Assembly: GCA_036125855.1 (NCBI GenBank)
Contig: JAYZTT010000027.1
Coordinates: 77,420 to 141,419, forward strand
Source: Planctomycetota bacterium
GTDB taxonomy: Bacteria; Planctomycetota; UBA8108; UBA1146
Length of the DNA stretch: 64,000 nt
Direction of reading: 5' to 3'
Shown here piece after piece: positions 19,170-28,579 of the stretch. A program made the position numbers and the translations under genes. The number at the start of each line of letters is the position of its first letter. Positions within the stretch are counted from its first letter, which is position 1. The notes below the pieces were generated by a model. The model was not told the DNA's origin. It ran no database searches and saw nothing but the letters and a program-made list of their open reading frames with translations.

Positions 19170-19310
19170 ATGTCATGGACTGAACCACCATTTCTCACCG
19201 CTGCTCTTGCCCTGGCTCTTGCTGTCCAGCTGGTTCCCATTCGAACTCGGCCCCGTTTGCCAGTAAGGTGGTTTTTCCGGAGGGGCAGGGACAGCAAGAA
19301 ACAGCGGTGA
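19170..19310 (+). CDS. 46-aa predicted single-pass membrane peptide (below the ORF-track size cutoff)
   Basis: The ATG directly abuts the MerR stop (TAGATG), and its TGA ends 3 nt before the next ATG (19314). Product MSWTEPPFLTAALALALAVQLVPIRTRPRLPVRWFFRRGRDSKKQR has a hydrophobic helix plus an Arg/Lys-rich tail. GAGGAG lies 9 nt upstream. Confidence 0.45.
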   Translation: MSWTEPPFLTAALALALAVQLVPIRTRPRLPVRWFFRRGRDSKKQR

Positions 19311-19313
19311 ACC

Positions 19314-19694
19314 ATGACCGATTCGACAACCCAGAAAGCAGATGCGAACCGGCTTCTTCAGGCTTTTGGCCAGCAGGCTCAGTTGTATGAGCAGTTGCTG
19401 GCAGAGAGCGAGGCCACCGATCTGGATGCCCGTACTCTTGCTGAAGGTGCCGCAAAAGCCCTGGAGCAGGCCCGAACGATTCAGAACTCGGTACGAGACG
19501 TCCAGGAAGCCTGGGGAGAGCTCTCCATGACTCTCGATCCGCAACTGAGACTCGAGGTCGATCAGCAGAGAAAGCGATTGGAAGAAATGGTCCTGGCTGT
19601 GATTTCCCGCCATGAATTGTTGCTGGAGGACCAGGATCAGGAATTGTCCCGGAGCAATGAAGACGATTCACAATTGCGTCTTCTGGCCGAATGA
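19314..19694 (+). CDS. Hypothetical coiled-coil protein
   Basis: 126-aa Gln/Glu/Leu-rich helical sequence, tightly packed after the sORF. No diagnostic motif. Competing antisense ORFs look spurious. Confidence 0.4.
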   Translation: MTDSTTQKADANRLLQAFGQQAQLYEQLLAESEATDLDARTLAEGAAKALEQARTIQNSVRDVQEAWGELSMTLDPQLRLEVDQQRKRLEEMVLAVISRHELLLEDQDQELSRSNEDDSQLRLLAE

Positions 19695-19854
19695 GCCCGG
19701 AGAATGAGCCTCCACAGACAGAACCAAATGCCTCCCGGCCACCTCTATGGTAAGATTCCCACCAATTTGGCAGTGTCGAAAATTACGACGTGTGGTCCTG
19801 TTTCCCGCGGCATGAAGAATCATTTGCGGGGAGTTTGACCGGGTCGGGAGCCCG

Positions 19855-22731
19855 ATGACCGAGAAAAATCAGGATTCTCTCTGGGATTCGATGGGCAAGG
19901 TGGGCTTTCGCAGTGGCCCCACCGATGCCACCGACGGAGCGGATCTCTCTCAGATTCCAGATCGGGGAGATTTTCAAAAGCACCCCTATCTCCAGTTCCT
20001 TCATCGACTGGAAAAGCCAGGTCGCTATACAGGGGGAGAGCTTCACTCGATTCGCAAAGACGATGCGGATCTGAGTTTCTTACTCGCGTTTCCGGATGTC
20101 TACGAGATTGGCATGAGTCATCTCGGATTCAAGATTCTGTATTCGCATCTCAATGGGCTTGAGGGAGTTCGTGCGGAGCGGGTGTATGCTCCGTGGGTAG
20201 ACTGCGAAACAGAGTTACGCCAGCGAGATCTTCCGCTGGTGAGCCTCGAATCCTGGCAGCCAATGAGTTCTTTTGATGTCGTTGGCTTTTCGCTGCAGTA
20301 CGAGCTCACCTTTACCAATGTCCTGACGATGCTGGAACTCGGAGGGATTGAGATCCGTTCCGAGAATCGAGATGATGAATGCCCACTGGTGATGGCCGGT
20401 GGGCCGGTAGCGTTCCAGCCAGAGCCGATGAGCGCCTTCATCGATGCATTTCTGATCGGTGATGGAGAGGGCTTCTTCCACGCAGTGGTGAAACGCTGGC
20501 GCGAATTGAAAGATCAGGGTGTCGGTCGTCACGAGCGTTTGATCGAGATCAGTCAACTGGATGGCGTCTACGTGCCGTCGCTATACAGCACCAAGGTGGA
20601 ACCTTTAACGGAGGTGACGGTTGTTGATCGCCCGCTCGATGATCGGGTGCCAGAGCGGATCCAGAGATCTCATGTCCCTGACCTCGGAGAGTATCCCTTC
20701 CCGTCACGTTCACCGGTCGCCAATACCGAGGTGGTTTTTGATCGCACGAGTATCGAGGTGGCCCGTGGCTGTACAGAGGGATGCAGGTTTTGCCAGGCAG
20801 GGATGATCTATCGTCCCGTCAGGGAACGGGCTCCCGAGGAGATCCAGGAAACCGTCAGGGATGCGGTTCGCTGCGGTGGTTTTGATGAGGTTTCACTGAC
20901 GAGCCTGTCGACTGCGGATTACAGCGCCATAGAGCCGCTGGTGAAGAAGGTGATGCCTGAGTTGCGAGAAAAGAACATCTCGCTGTCGGTATCGTCATTG
21001 AGGGCGTACGGGCTCACCGATGCGATGCTCGATGAGATGGCCAGTGTCCGGAATACCTCACTGACCTTTGCGCCGGAGGCTGGAACCCAGCGAATGCGCG
21101 ATGTGGTCAATAAAAATATCTCCGAGGATGATGTTGCCAAGAGTGCACACAGGATCTTTTCCCGGGGTTGGCGCAAGATGAAGCTTTACTTCATGATCGG
21201 GCTGCCGACAGAGGAAGAGGAGGATGTACGGGGTATCGCAGATACCGGTAAGAGGATGCTCGGTATCGCGATGGATTACCTGCCAAAGGGCCGTGCAAAT
21301 GTAACCGTTTCTGTATCCAGTCATGTGCCGAAGCCTTTTACTCCCTTCCAGTGGGCTGCGATGGATGACATTCCCGAAATCGAGAAGAAGCATCAGGCTC
21401 TCCGTCGCTGGACACGAGTGCCTGGTCTTACATTCCGCTGGCACGATCCAACGACAAGTCATATCGAAGGAATCCTCAGTCGCGGTGATCGGACTCTTTG
21501 CGATGTAGTTGAGACTGCATGGCGCAACGGTGCCCGATTTGATGGGTGGTCCGATCGTCTGCGATTCGACCTCTGGATGGAAGCGATCGAGGAGCACCAG
21601 ATCGATCGTTATCGATTCCTCCGGACGATTCCCATCGAGGCTCGATTGCCCTGGGACCACATCGACTGTGGTGTCGAGAGCAAGTTTCTGGTGAGGGAAT
21701 ACCAGCGGGCACTCAAAGATCGAACTTCTCATCCGTGCGGCAAACCGGGCCGTAGATTGACACATTACAATAATCTGGAGGATGCCGGTGCGGATCAGAG
21801 ACGGCTTGTCTGTTATGACTGCGGAATCGAATGCGATCTTTCACGGATGAAGGAAGAGCGGATAGAGCACCTGGAATTTCTAGATGCGCACAAGGACGAG
21901 ACGCAACCGGTCTCTCAGACAGAAGAAGCGGTAGAGGTGGTAAAGGAACAGTCCCGGGCTCGTCATTTGGCCAGGGGAAACCGTAAACTTCCACCGGAGA
22001 GGAAAGAGCTCGATCGTCCCAGCTTTGCCTATCGAGTTCGTTACGCGAAGGTCGGGGCAGCCCGCTTCATGGGACATCTCGATCTGAACCGCATGTTCCC
22101 CAGGGCGAGTCGCCGCGCCGGACTGTCACCGTCTTATTCCCAGGGATTTCATCCAATTCCTCAGCTCAGCTTCGGTCCACCGCTTCGCCTCGGGATGGCA
22201 GGACTGTCGGAAGTGATGGATCTCCGCCTGCAGCAACAGCTCGATCCCGCGATGTTAAAAACAGCGCTCTCTGAGCAGTGCCCCGAGGGCATCGTGATTC
22301 GTTCGGTACACGTCATCGGCAAGGAAGCTCCCAAGCTGTCTGCTGTGAGTAGCTGGGCCGATGTCTTTGTCCTGATTCCAGGGGATTCTGCAGCAGGTGT
22401 TGCTTCCGATGCGATATCGCAATTGCTGGGAGAAGAGGAAATCCTGGTCGAGCGAACGACCAAGAAAGGCAAGCGCAAGACCATCAATATCAGACCTGGC
22501 ATCAACAGTATTGAATGGGTCGATGATATTCCCGCCGATGCGAATGAATTGATGACGCTTCGAGAAGATGAACGGATGCTGCAGATGAGAATCTGTTTGC
22601 AAGGCGATCATCCGGCGAAACCAGAAGAGATCCTGGTCAGGATCTTCGATGGAGTGATTCCTGCGGGAACCCAGGTAATTCGAAGACGATTGTTGCCTTG
22701 CCCGACTCCTGTACAGACGATTTCTATCTGA
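19855..22731 (+). CDS. Radical SAM protein, fusion of a B12-binding-like/radical-SAM module (TIGR03960-like) with a DUF2344 (TIGR03936-like) C-terminal domain
   Basis: CxxxCxxC cluster motif in ARGCTEGCRFCQAGMIYRP. The N-terminal part resembles B12-binding radical SAM enzymes. The C-terminal FAYRVRYAKVGAARFMGHLDL segment is typical of DUF2344. Confidence 0.8.
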   Translation: MTEKNQDSLWDSMGKVGFRSGPTDATDGADLSQIPDRGDFQKHPYLQFLHRLEKPGRYTGGELHSIRKDDADLSFLLAFPDVYEIGMSHLGFKILYSHLNGLEGVRAERVYAPWVDCETELRQRDLPLVSLESWQPMSSFDVVGFSLQYELTFTNVLTMLELGGIEIRSENRDDECPLVMAGGPVAFQPEPMSAFIDAFLIGDGEGFFHAVVKRWRELKDQGVGRHERLIEISQLDGVYVPSLYSTKVEPLTEVTVVDRPLDDRVPERIQRSHVPDLGEYPFPSRSPVANTEVVFDRTSIEVARGCTEGCRFCQAGMIYRPVRERAPEEIQETVRDAVRCGGFDEVSLTSLSTADYSAIEPLVKKVMPELREKNISLSVSSLRAYGLTDAMLDEMASVRNTSLTFAPEAGTQRMRDVVNKNISEDDVAKSAHRIFSRGWRKMKLYFMIGLPTEEEEDVRGIADTGKRMLGIAMDYLPKGRANVTVSVSSHVPKPFTPFQWAAMDDIPEIEKKHQALRRWTRVPGLTFRWHDPTTSHIEGILSRGDRTLCDVVETAWRNGARFDGWSDRLRFDLWMEAIEEHQIDRYRFLRTIPIEARLPWDHIDCGVESKFLVREYQRALKDRTSHPCGKPGRRLTHYNNLEDAGADQRRLVCYDCGIECDLSRMKEERIEHLEFLDAHKDETQPVSQTEEAVEVVKEQSRARHLARGNRKLPPERKELDRPSFAYRVRYAKVGAARFMGHLDLNRMFPRASRRAGLSPSYSQGFHPIPQLSFGPPLRLGMAGLSEVMDLRLQQQLDPAMLKTALSEQCPEGIVIRSVHVIGKEAPKLSAVSSWADVFVLIPGDSAAGVASDAISQLLGEEEILVERTTKKGKRKTINIRPGINSIEWVDDIPADANELMTLREDERMLQMRICLQGDHPAKPEEILVRIFDGVIPAGTQVIRRRLLPCPTPVQTISI

Positions 22732-22746
22732 GGAGAGGGAGCATCA

Positions 22747-23601
22747 ATGCCATCTTCACAGCAGCAGAGATTCGTCGAGCTGGAACTTCTCTTCGAAGTG
22801 GCTCTCGATGCGGTTCGGGCTGCCGGTGAGGTCTCCCGAAAGCACTTCCAGGATCACAACCTATCCGTCGATTCGAAACAGGATGGCACTCCTGTGACCC
22901 GAGCTGATCGGGAGGCGGAAGAGGTGATGCGGACAACTCTGCGCAAAGGTACTCCAGAACTGGGGATCTTTGGCGAGGAGCATGGGCATGAGGGGGATTC
23001 AAGAGATCGATGGATCATCGATCCCATCGATGGAACCCAGAACTATATCGATGGCATTCCGCACTTTGCGGTACTGGTCGGGCTTCAGCTGGAGGGCTTG
23101 CCGGTTCTTGGGCTGGTTCATGCTCCGATGCTGGGTTCGGTGGCCGGTCCACCAGAAAGCTGTGGCCACAGCTGGTGGGGAGGTCCCGGCCTGGGAGCCT
23201 GGAAGGGCGTCGGAACCACACCCGAATCGGTTCGGGCACAACAGATTCACTGTCGTAGCTGTCCCAGACTCGAAGATGCGTTCCTCGCACACGGGGGGTT
23301 GAAACACATCCAGAACGCAGGGATGTGGCCGCCGTTCACCGAGTTGATTTCAACGTCGAGACGGAACCGTGGCTATGGGGATTGGCTGGGTCACATGTTG
23401 GTGGCTGAAGGTGTTTGCGACGGCATGGTCGATCCGCGGGTTGCACTCTACGATCTGGCAGCCGTCGAACCCATCCTGACCGCTGCCGGGGCGGTTCTCA
23501 TCGCCAGCGAATCGCTTCCCCTTGAGGATGAATTCCTGGGGCAAGCGGTTTCGGGTACAGAGCCCATCGCACAGGAACTGGCGAAGAGACTGGAGCTCTG
23601 A
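22747..23601 (+). CDS. Inositol-monophosphatase-family phosphatase (possibly a HisN-type histidinol-phosphatase)
   Basis: FGEEHG and WIIDPIDGTQNY metal-binding motifs of the IMPase family. Confidence 0.85.
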   Translation: MPSSQQQRFVELELLFEVALDAVRAAGEVSRKHFQDHNLSVDSKQDGTPVTRADREAEEVMRTTLRKGTPELGIFGEEHGHEGDSRDRWIIDPIDGTQNYIDGIPHFAVLVGLQLEGLPVLGLVHAPMLGSVAGPPESCGHSWWGGPGLGAWKGVGTTPESVRAQQIHCRSCPRLEDAFLAHGGLKHIQNAGMWPPFTELISTSRRNRGYGDWLGHMLVAEGVCDGMVDPRVALYDLAAVEPILTAAGAVLIASESLPLEDEFLGQAVSGTEPIAQELAKRLEL

Positions 23602-23656
23602 TTCAGATGGTAGCTGGTGTCAAATCGACCGGGGAGAGCGGTCGGAGCGTGACCAC

Positions 23657-23890
23657 CTAGGCTCCATCTTCACCGATGGCTTCGACAGGACATTCTTCTT
23701 TTGCCTGTTCACAGAGTTCCGCTTCCTCGGGAGAAGCCGGTTGTTTGAAGACGTAGGAGTAGCCTTCGTCTTCATTAGCACGAAAGTTGTCCGGTGCCGT
23801 GGTTCGACACAGGTCGCAATCGATGCATTCTTCGTCAACGTACCAGTTTCCAGCAACATTGCTTTCGACCTTGTTCGCAGGATCAGCCAT
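23657..23890 (-). CDS. Small ferredoxin (single Fe-S cluster)
   Basis: CIDCDLC...ECPVEAI cysteine pattern, 77 aa, acidic. Confidence 0.85.
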   Translation of the reverse strand: MADPANKVESNVAGNWYVDEECIDCDLCRTTAPDNFRANEDEGYSYVFKQPASPEEAELCEQAKEECPVEAIGEDGA

Positions 23891-24134
23891 TTCAATTCTC
23901 CAGTAATACCGATGATCGCAATGCTACGGATTCGGACACTCGTACGCACCCGTAGTGCCCTGATGATAGATTTTTCGGCCATCCTTCGCAAGTAAACTGG
24001 ATTCCGGGTCTGCTGGCCCCGGGGGATTTGAGCGGATATTCTCGGTTCCCGTGGCGTTTGATCAAAGCCCGTAAAGAGCCTTGTGGCTGCAGCCATTTCG
24101 GGAATGGGATCAGTATTGCGCCGAAAGGAGCCCC

Positions 24135-24965
24135 TTGAAGGTAGTTATCGCTCATAGCCCTGACTCGGATGACGCATTCATGCATTTTGCCATCGGAGAG
24201 GGGAAAGTGGACACGGGGGACTATGAATTCGATCACATGATGGCGGATATCGAAACTCTCAATCGCCATGCGGTCGATGGCCTCCACGAAGTGACCGCCA
24301 TCTCGATTCACGCCTATGCCCATCTGGCGGATCGATATGCGCTATTGAACCACGGTGCCAGCATGGGTGAGGGATACGGTCCGGTGTTGATCTCGAAGGA
24401 ACCTTGTTCGCGCGAAGAGCTTCAATCCTGTCCGATAGCAGTGCCGGGCAATTGGACCAGTGCTGCTCTGGCGTTGAAGCTCTGGATGCCGGAAGCGATC
24501 ACCGAAGTGGTGCCGTTTGATGAGATCATGGAGAACATCGATGTGGGTGAATTCAAGGCCGGAGTGATTATTCATGAGGGCCAGGTCACCTATGAAGAAC
24601 AGGGGTACTTCCCGGTGGTCGATCTTGGCCAGTGGTGGGCAGAGAGTCAGAACGGCTTGCCGCTGCCGCTCGGGGGGAATGCCATCCGTAGAGACCTGGG
24701 AGAGCACCATATCAGCGAGATTTCCAGAATCTTGCGGGAGAGCATCGCATATGCCCTGGAGCATCGGGAAGAAGCTCTCCAGTATGCTGAAAAATACAAC
24801 CGTGGATTGACGCGTGAACAGACCGATCGCTTTGTCGGGATGTACGTCAATCAGAGGACTCTCGACTACGGAGAAGATGGTCGTGAAGCGGTATGCCGAT
24901 TTCTCCGAATGGGTGCTGGAGCCGGTGCAGTTCCTGAAGTTTCAGAACCGGATTTCATCGTCTGA
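24135..24965 (+). CDS. MqnA/MqnD-family protein (futalosine-pathway menaquinone biosynthesis, SBP-like fold)
   Basis: KVVIAHSPDSDDAFMHFAI is the N-terminal signature of the VitK2_biosynth (MqnA/MqnD) family. TTG 24135 sits 4 nt after AAAGGAG. The track start at 24081 is less likely. Confidence 0.65.
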   Translation: MKVVIAHSPDSDDAFMHFAIGEGKVDTGDYEFDHMMADIETLNRHAVDGLHEVTAISIHAYAHLADRYALLNHGASMGEGYGPVLISKEPCSREELQSCPIAVPGNWTSAALALKLWMPEAITEVVPFDEIMENIDVGEFKAGVIIHEGQVTYEEQGYFPVVDLGQWWAESQNGLPLPLGGNAIRRDLGEHHISEISRILRESIAYALEHREEALQYAEKYNRGLTREQTDRFVGMYVNQRTLDYGEDGREAVCRFLRMGAGAGAVPEVSEPDFIV

Positions 24966-25016
24966 GCGAGCTCGTTTCCACGGATTGTCGCTTCCGATTC
25001 AAGAAGGGAGGCCAGC

Positions 25017-26363
25017 CTGTCGACCGTTCATGAGGAACATCGACCAGATTGGAGTTCCGTCTCCGGCTGGGCTGGAACCTGCCACGCAACATCCCGTGTG
25101 ATTCGCTGTGCCAATCAGGACGAGGCGATGCTTCGAGCGCGGCAATCGAATCCCTGGCTGCCGCGAGGGGCGGGTTGCTCCTATGGCGATGCTGCCCTGC
25201 TGGATCAGGGAAACCTGTTGCTCATGGATCACCCACTCGATGACGAGGCGATTTCAGAAATTGCCGGGTCTGTCATCGTTTCCGGTTCCCTGACCTTGCG
25301 ACAGCTGCTGTCCTCGCTTGCTGCTGAGGGACTCACCTTGCCGGTGGTTCCCGGCGTTCTCGATGCGACAGTGGGTGGGGTGATCGCGGCGGATGCTCAC
25401 GGTAAGAATCATCTGAATCGTGGATCGCTTCGAGATGTTACCGATTCCTTGCAAATCCTGCTTCCGGATGGGGAACTGGTCGACTGTGATCATCAGAACC
25501 ATCGAGATCTATTCGAAGGGACCATCGGGGGGATGGGCCTGACCGGGATGATCCTTTCGGCGCGGCTCCAGGTGATTCCCTTTGCTGGTCCCCGGGCACT
25601 GGTAGAAGTTACCAGGACCCGGGACCTGGAAGCTTCGCTGGAGCAGCTTCAGATCCAGGCTCAACGCCAGGAGCATGTGGCAGTCTGGATCGATCCCACC
25701 CCGAGTGGAGCCGCCTTTGGTCGTGGAATCGTGGCTGCAGGTACCACGGAGTCAGATCAGGGGGACGGGAAGACGGACTGGAGACTTCCTCGCGGCTGTC
25801 CGTTTCCTCCGGGCCTGGGTAGGCTCCTCAATCGAAGGACTCTCTGCTGGCACAACCAGTTTCGTTATGGTGTCACCAGGGTAGGTGCCGTACCTCGTCG
25901 CTGGAAGCTTGAACAACTGCTGTTCCCCCTGGAACGATGGTCGAACTGGAAACGCATCTACCAGCCGGGTGGTTTTCACCAGCACCAGTCGTTGCTTCCC
26001 CCAGGCAGTAGCTTCGATGCGGTACGAGACCTGCTAGAGCACGCCTGTTCTGGCCCCTTGGTTCCCACCCTCGTGGTGGCCAAGTGTATGCGCCGCGGTG
26101 GAGGTTGGTTGTCCTTTCCCGACGAGGGGATCACCTTGACCATCGATATCCGGGCTGACGGTGGTTCTGTTGATCTCCTGAGAAAGCTCGATGAAATAGT
26201 TGCTGGTCATGGAGGCAAGGTATATCTGGCAAAGGACACGACCCTCACGCCACAATTGCTGGAGCGGATGTATCCCGATCATTCTCGCTTCATGGAGCTG
26301 AGGGAACGGATCGATCCTGATCGTAGAATCGAATCGGAGCTGTCCCGGAGACTGGGTCTGTAG
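25017..26363 (+). CDS. FAD-binding (PCMH-type) oxidoreductase, DprE1-like
   Basis: VSGWAG...RGAGCSYGDAAL parallels the TGWGR...GLGRSYGD N-terminus of DprE1-type oxidases. The homologous sequence starts upstream of the track's GTG 25098. The only start-like codon with an RBS is CTG 25017, 6 nt after AAGGGAGG. Confidence 0.7.
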   Translation: MSTVHEEHRPDWSSVSGWAGTCHATSRVIRCANQDEAMLRARQSNPWLPRGAGCSYGDAALLDQGNLLLMDHPLDDEAISEIAGSVIVSGSLTLRQLLSSLAAEGLTLPVVPGVLDATVGGVIAADAHGKNHLNRGSLRDVTDSLQILLPDGELVDCDHQNHRDLFEGTIGGMGLTGMILSARLQVIPFAGPRALVEVTRTRDLEASLEQLQIQAQRQEHVAVWIDPTPSGAAFGRGIVAAGTTESDQGDGKTDWRLPRGCPFPPGLGRLLNRRTLCWHNQFRYGVTRVGAVPRRWKLEQLLFPLERWSNWKRIYQPGGFHQHQSLLPPGSSFDAVRDLLEHACSGPLVPTLVVAKCMRRGGGWLSFPDEGITLTIDIRADGGSVDLLRKLDEIVAGHGGKVYLAKDTTLTPQLLERMYPDHSRFMELRERIDPDRRIESELSRRLGL

Positions 26364-26367
26364 CGCT

Positions 26368-27822
26368 TCAGCTGTGAGCGGCGCTGTGGATCTTCTCGCT
26401 GGGAATGAGCGGGATCTGCATCCTGAAGACGCTCCCTGATCCCTCTTCACTCTCGACCAGGACATCTCCGCCGTGGTTCATGCATACATGTTTGACGATG
26501 GAGAGCCCCAGACCGGTTCCGCCGATCTCTCGCGAGCGAGCTTTATCAACCCGGTAAAATCTCTCGAAAATTCTTTCCTGATGATCGCCTGCGATCCCGA
26601 TCCCAGAGTCTCGTACTTCGATGTTCACCATTCCGTCAGACTTGGTTGCAGAGATTTGAACCATGCCATCAGCAGGTGTGTATTTGAGAGCATTGTCGAT
26701 CAGGTTGCCGATCGCCTGACGTAGTTCCTCCTCCTCGCCGAGTACCAGTAACGGCTGGATTCCCAGATCGGAAGAGACCTCCGCCTGGTTCTTGTTGTTA
26801 TCCAGTCTGGAGAAGGAGGTGATCCGTTCCTGGACCACGGATCTGAGGTCCAGCTGAGCAAATCCATCGGACTCCGATTGTTCCTCGAGTCGAGCCAGAG
26901 CCAACAAATCAGACACCAGCAGGGATAGGCGATGGGATTGTTTGGTAATTTTCCTGGTGAATCGGGCTCTCGTATCGGAGGACATCGACGGATCCTCTTC
27001 CAGAGTTTCGGCCAGTCCGCGGATTGCAGTGATGGGAGTCTTCAGTTCATGGGAGACATTCGCGACGAAATCCTGACGAACCATCTCCAGTCGCCTAACT
27101 TCGGTCACATCGTGAAACACGGCGAGGGCACCTGTGACTTCCTGTGAGGCATCCATCAGGGGGCTGGTGTAGGCAACGATGGACTTTTCGCCAGATGGAG
27201 TGATCATCTGGAATTCAGATTCCGTAGGTCGTTGGGTACCAAGAGTTCCCAGCAACAACTCATTAACCTGGTTAATTCGGATTTCACTCAGCGTCTTCTT
27301 CTCACGTGTATTGCGATGATCGAAATTCAACAGGCGAGAGGCGATCGGGTTTATGAGTACTATTTTTTTACTGTTGTCGATGGCGACAATGCCATCTTTC
27401 ATCGCTCCCAGGATTACCCGGAGTCGATTGTGTTCGACTCTCAGCGAATCGATCTGCTCTTGCAGATCATCGGCAAGACTGTTCAGGGCACGAGAGAGCC
27501 GATCGGTTTCAGGGTCGCGAAACAACGGTGCTCGTTGCGAGAAATCGCCCCGGGAGTAGGCTTCTGCCACGCGGGTCAGAGGTTCGAGCCGTCCAGTAGC
27601 ATTCTGTTGCAGCAGGTATCCCAGGATCAGGGCAATTATCGATCCGATGAGGCAACTCAGCAGAATGATCTGGCCAGCAGCGTCAGGATTATCGCTGAAG
27701 TGATCTCGAGCGAGAAAGCCAAAGGAACAACCCATGACGACGATGAGGACAGCGTAGCTGCCATAGAGGCGCCAGAGTACGCGCGACGATTTACTGGTCT
27801 TTGAATCGATATCCGACACCAC
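26368..27822 (-). CDS. Sensor histidine kinase (two TM helices, HAMP, PAS, HisKA, HATPase; PhoR-like)
   Basis: H-box SHELKTPITAIRG, N-box NLIDNALKYT, G-boxes DSGIGI and GGTGLGLSIV. Confidence 0.85.
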   Translation of the reverse strand: MVSDIDSKTSKSSRVLWRLYGSYAVLIVVMGCSFGFLARDHFSDNPDAAGQIILLSCLIGSIIALILGYLLQQNATGRLEPLTRVAEAYSRGDFSQRAPLFRDPETDRLSRALNSLADDLQEQIDSLRVEHNRLRVILGAMKDGIVAIDNSKKIVLINPIASRLLNFDHRNTREKKTLSEIRINQVNELLLGTLGTQRPTESEFQMITPSGEKSIVAYTSPLMDASQEVTGALAVFHDVTEVRRLEMVRQDFVANVSHELKTPITAIRGLAETLEEDPSMSSDTRARFTRKITKQSHRLSLLVSDLLALARLEEQSESDGFAQLDLRSVVQERITSFSRLDNNKNQAEVSSDLGIQPLLVLGEEEELRQAIGNLIDNALKYTPADGMVQISATKSDGMVNIEVRDSGIGIAGDHQERIFERFYRVDKARSREIGGTGLGLSIVKHVCMNHGGDVLVESEEGSGSVFRMQIPLIPSEKIHSAAHS

Positions 27823-28546
27823 GAACCGTTTCGATGAGGTCTCTCAGCTTACCCAATTTTTTTCGAATCGAGCGAACGTGGACATCGATGTTGCGATCGA
27901 TAACCACCGTCTCATCGCCGATGACTCGACTCAACAGGTGGTCCCGACTGAAGACTCTGCCTGGTTGGGTCGCAAAAAAATGAAGAAGACGGAATTCAGT
28001 CGCAGTGAGAATGATCGGTTCGCCAGAAATCGTCACCTCGTGGCGAGAGCAATCGATCGAAAGTCCATGCAGACGAATCCTGGTTTTTTCCTCAGCAACT
28101 TCTTTGAGGGGAGCCCTTCTTAAAACAGATTTTACTCGAGCCATCAGCTCCTGTGGGCTGAAGGGTTTGTTGACATAGTCATCAGCGCCGATGCCGAGAC
28201 CGAGCACCACGTCACTTTCTTCAGTTTTCGCGGTGATCATGATGATCGGAATGTCTCGGGTAGCTGGATTCCCCTTGAGTTGCCTGCAAATTTCCAGGCC
28301 ATCGATTCCAGGCAGCATCAAGTCGAGCAGAACAAGATCAGGAGTTTCGTTACGAATCGCCTCGAGGCCCGCTTCGCCATTATCGAATGCCAGGGTCTGG
28401 TATCCCTCACGTTCGAGGTTGTATTCGATCACGTCACGGATATCTCCCTCGTCTTCGACGAGCAATACCCGCTCTTTCTCGTTGACCATTTCACTGGCTT
28501 CCATTGAGTGTTGCCCCGCGGGGGCCGTGGTTTTCGTGTTCATCAT
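27791..28546 (-). CDS. OmpR/PhoB-family response regulator
   Basis: Receiver motifs VLLVEDE and LVLLDLMLPG, winged-helix C-terminus TVRGVGYRF. The true start may be an internal Met (MVNEKERVLLVEDE). Confidence 0.85.
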   Translation of the reverse strand: MMNTKTTAPAGQHSMEASEMVNEKERVLLVEDEGDIRDVIEYNLEREGYQTLAFDNGEAGLEAIRNETPDLVLLDLMLPGIDGLEICRQLKGNPATRDIPIIMITAKTEESDVVLGLGIGADDYVNKPFSPQELMARVKSVLRRAPLKEVAEEKTRIRLHGLSIDCSRHEVTISGEPIILTATEFRLLHFFATQPGRVFSRDHLLSRVIGDETVVIDRNIDVHVRSIRKKLGKLRDLIETVRGVGYRFKDQ

Positions 28547-28579
28547 GTAACTGATAAAACAATCATGACTGGACCGCGA

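Noticed and set aside
25049-25243. ATG-initiated 64-aa ORF overlapping the 5' end of the FAD oxidoreductase, considered as a possible frameshifted true N-terminus.
   Set aside because: The family-like N-terminal sequence (VSGWAG...) is in the same frame as the main ORF, not in this frame, so no frameshift is needed.
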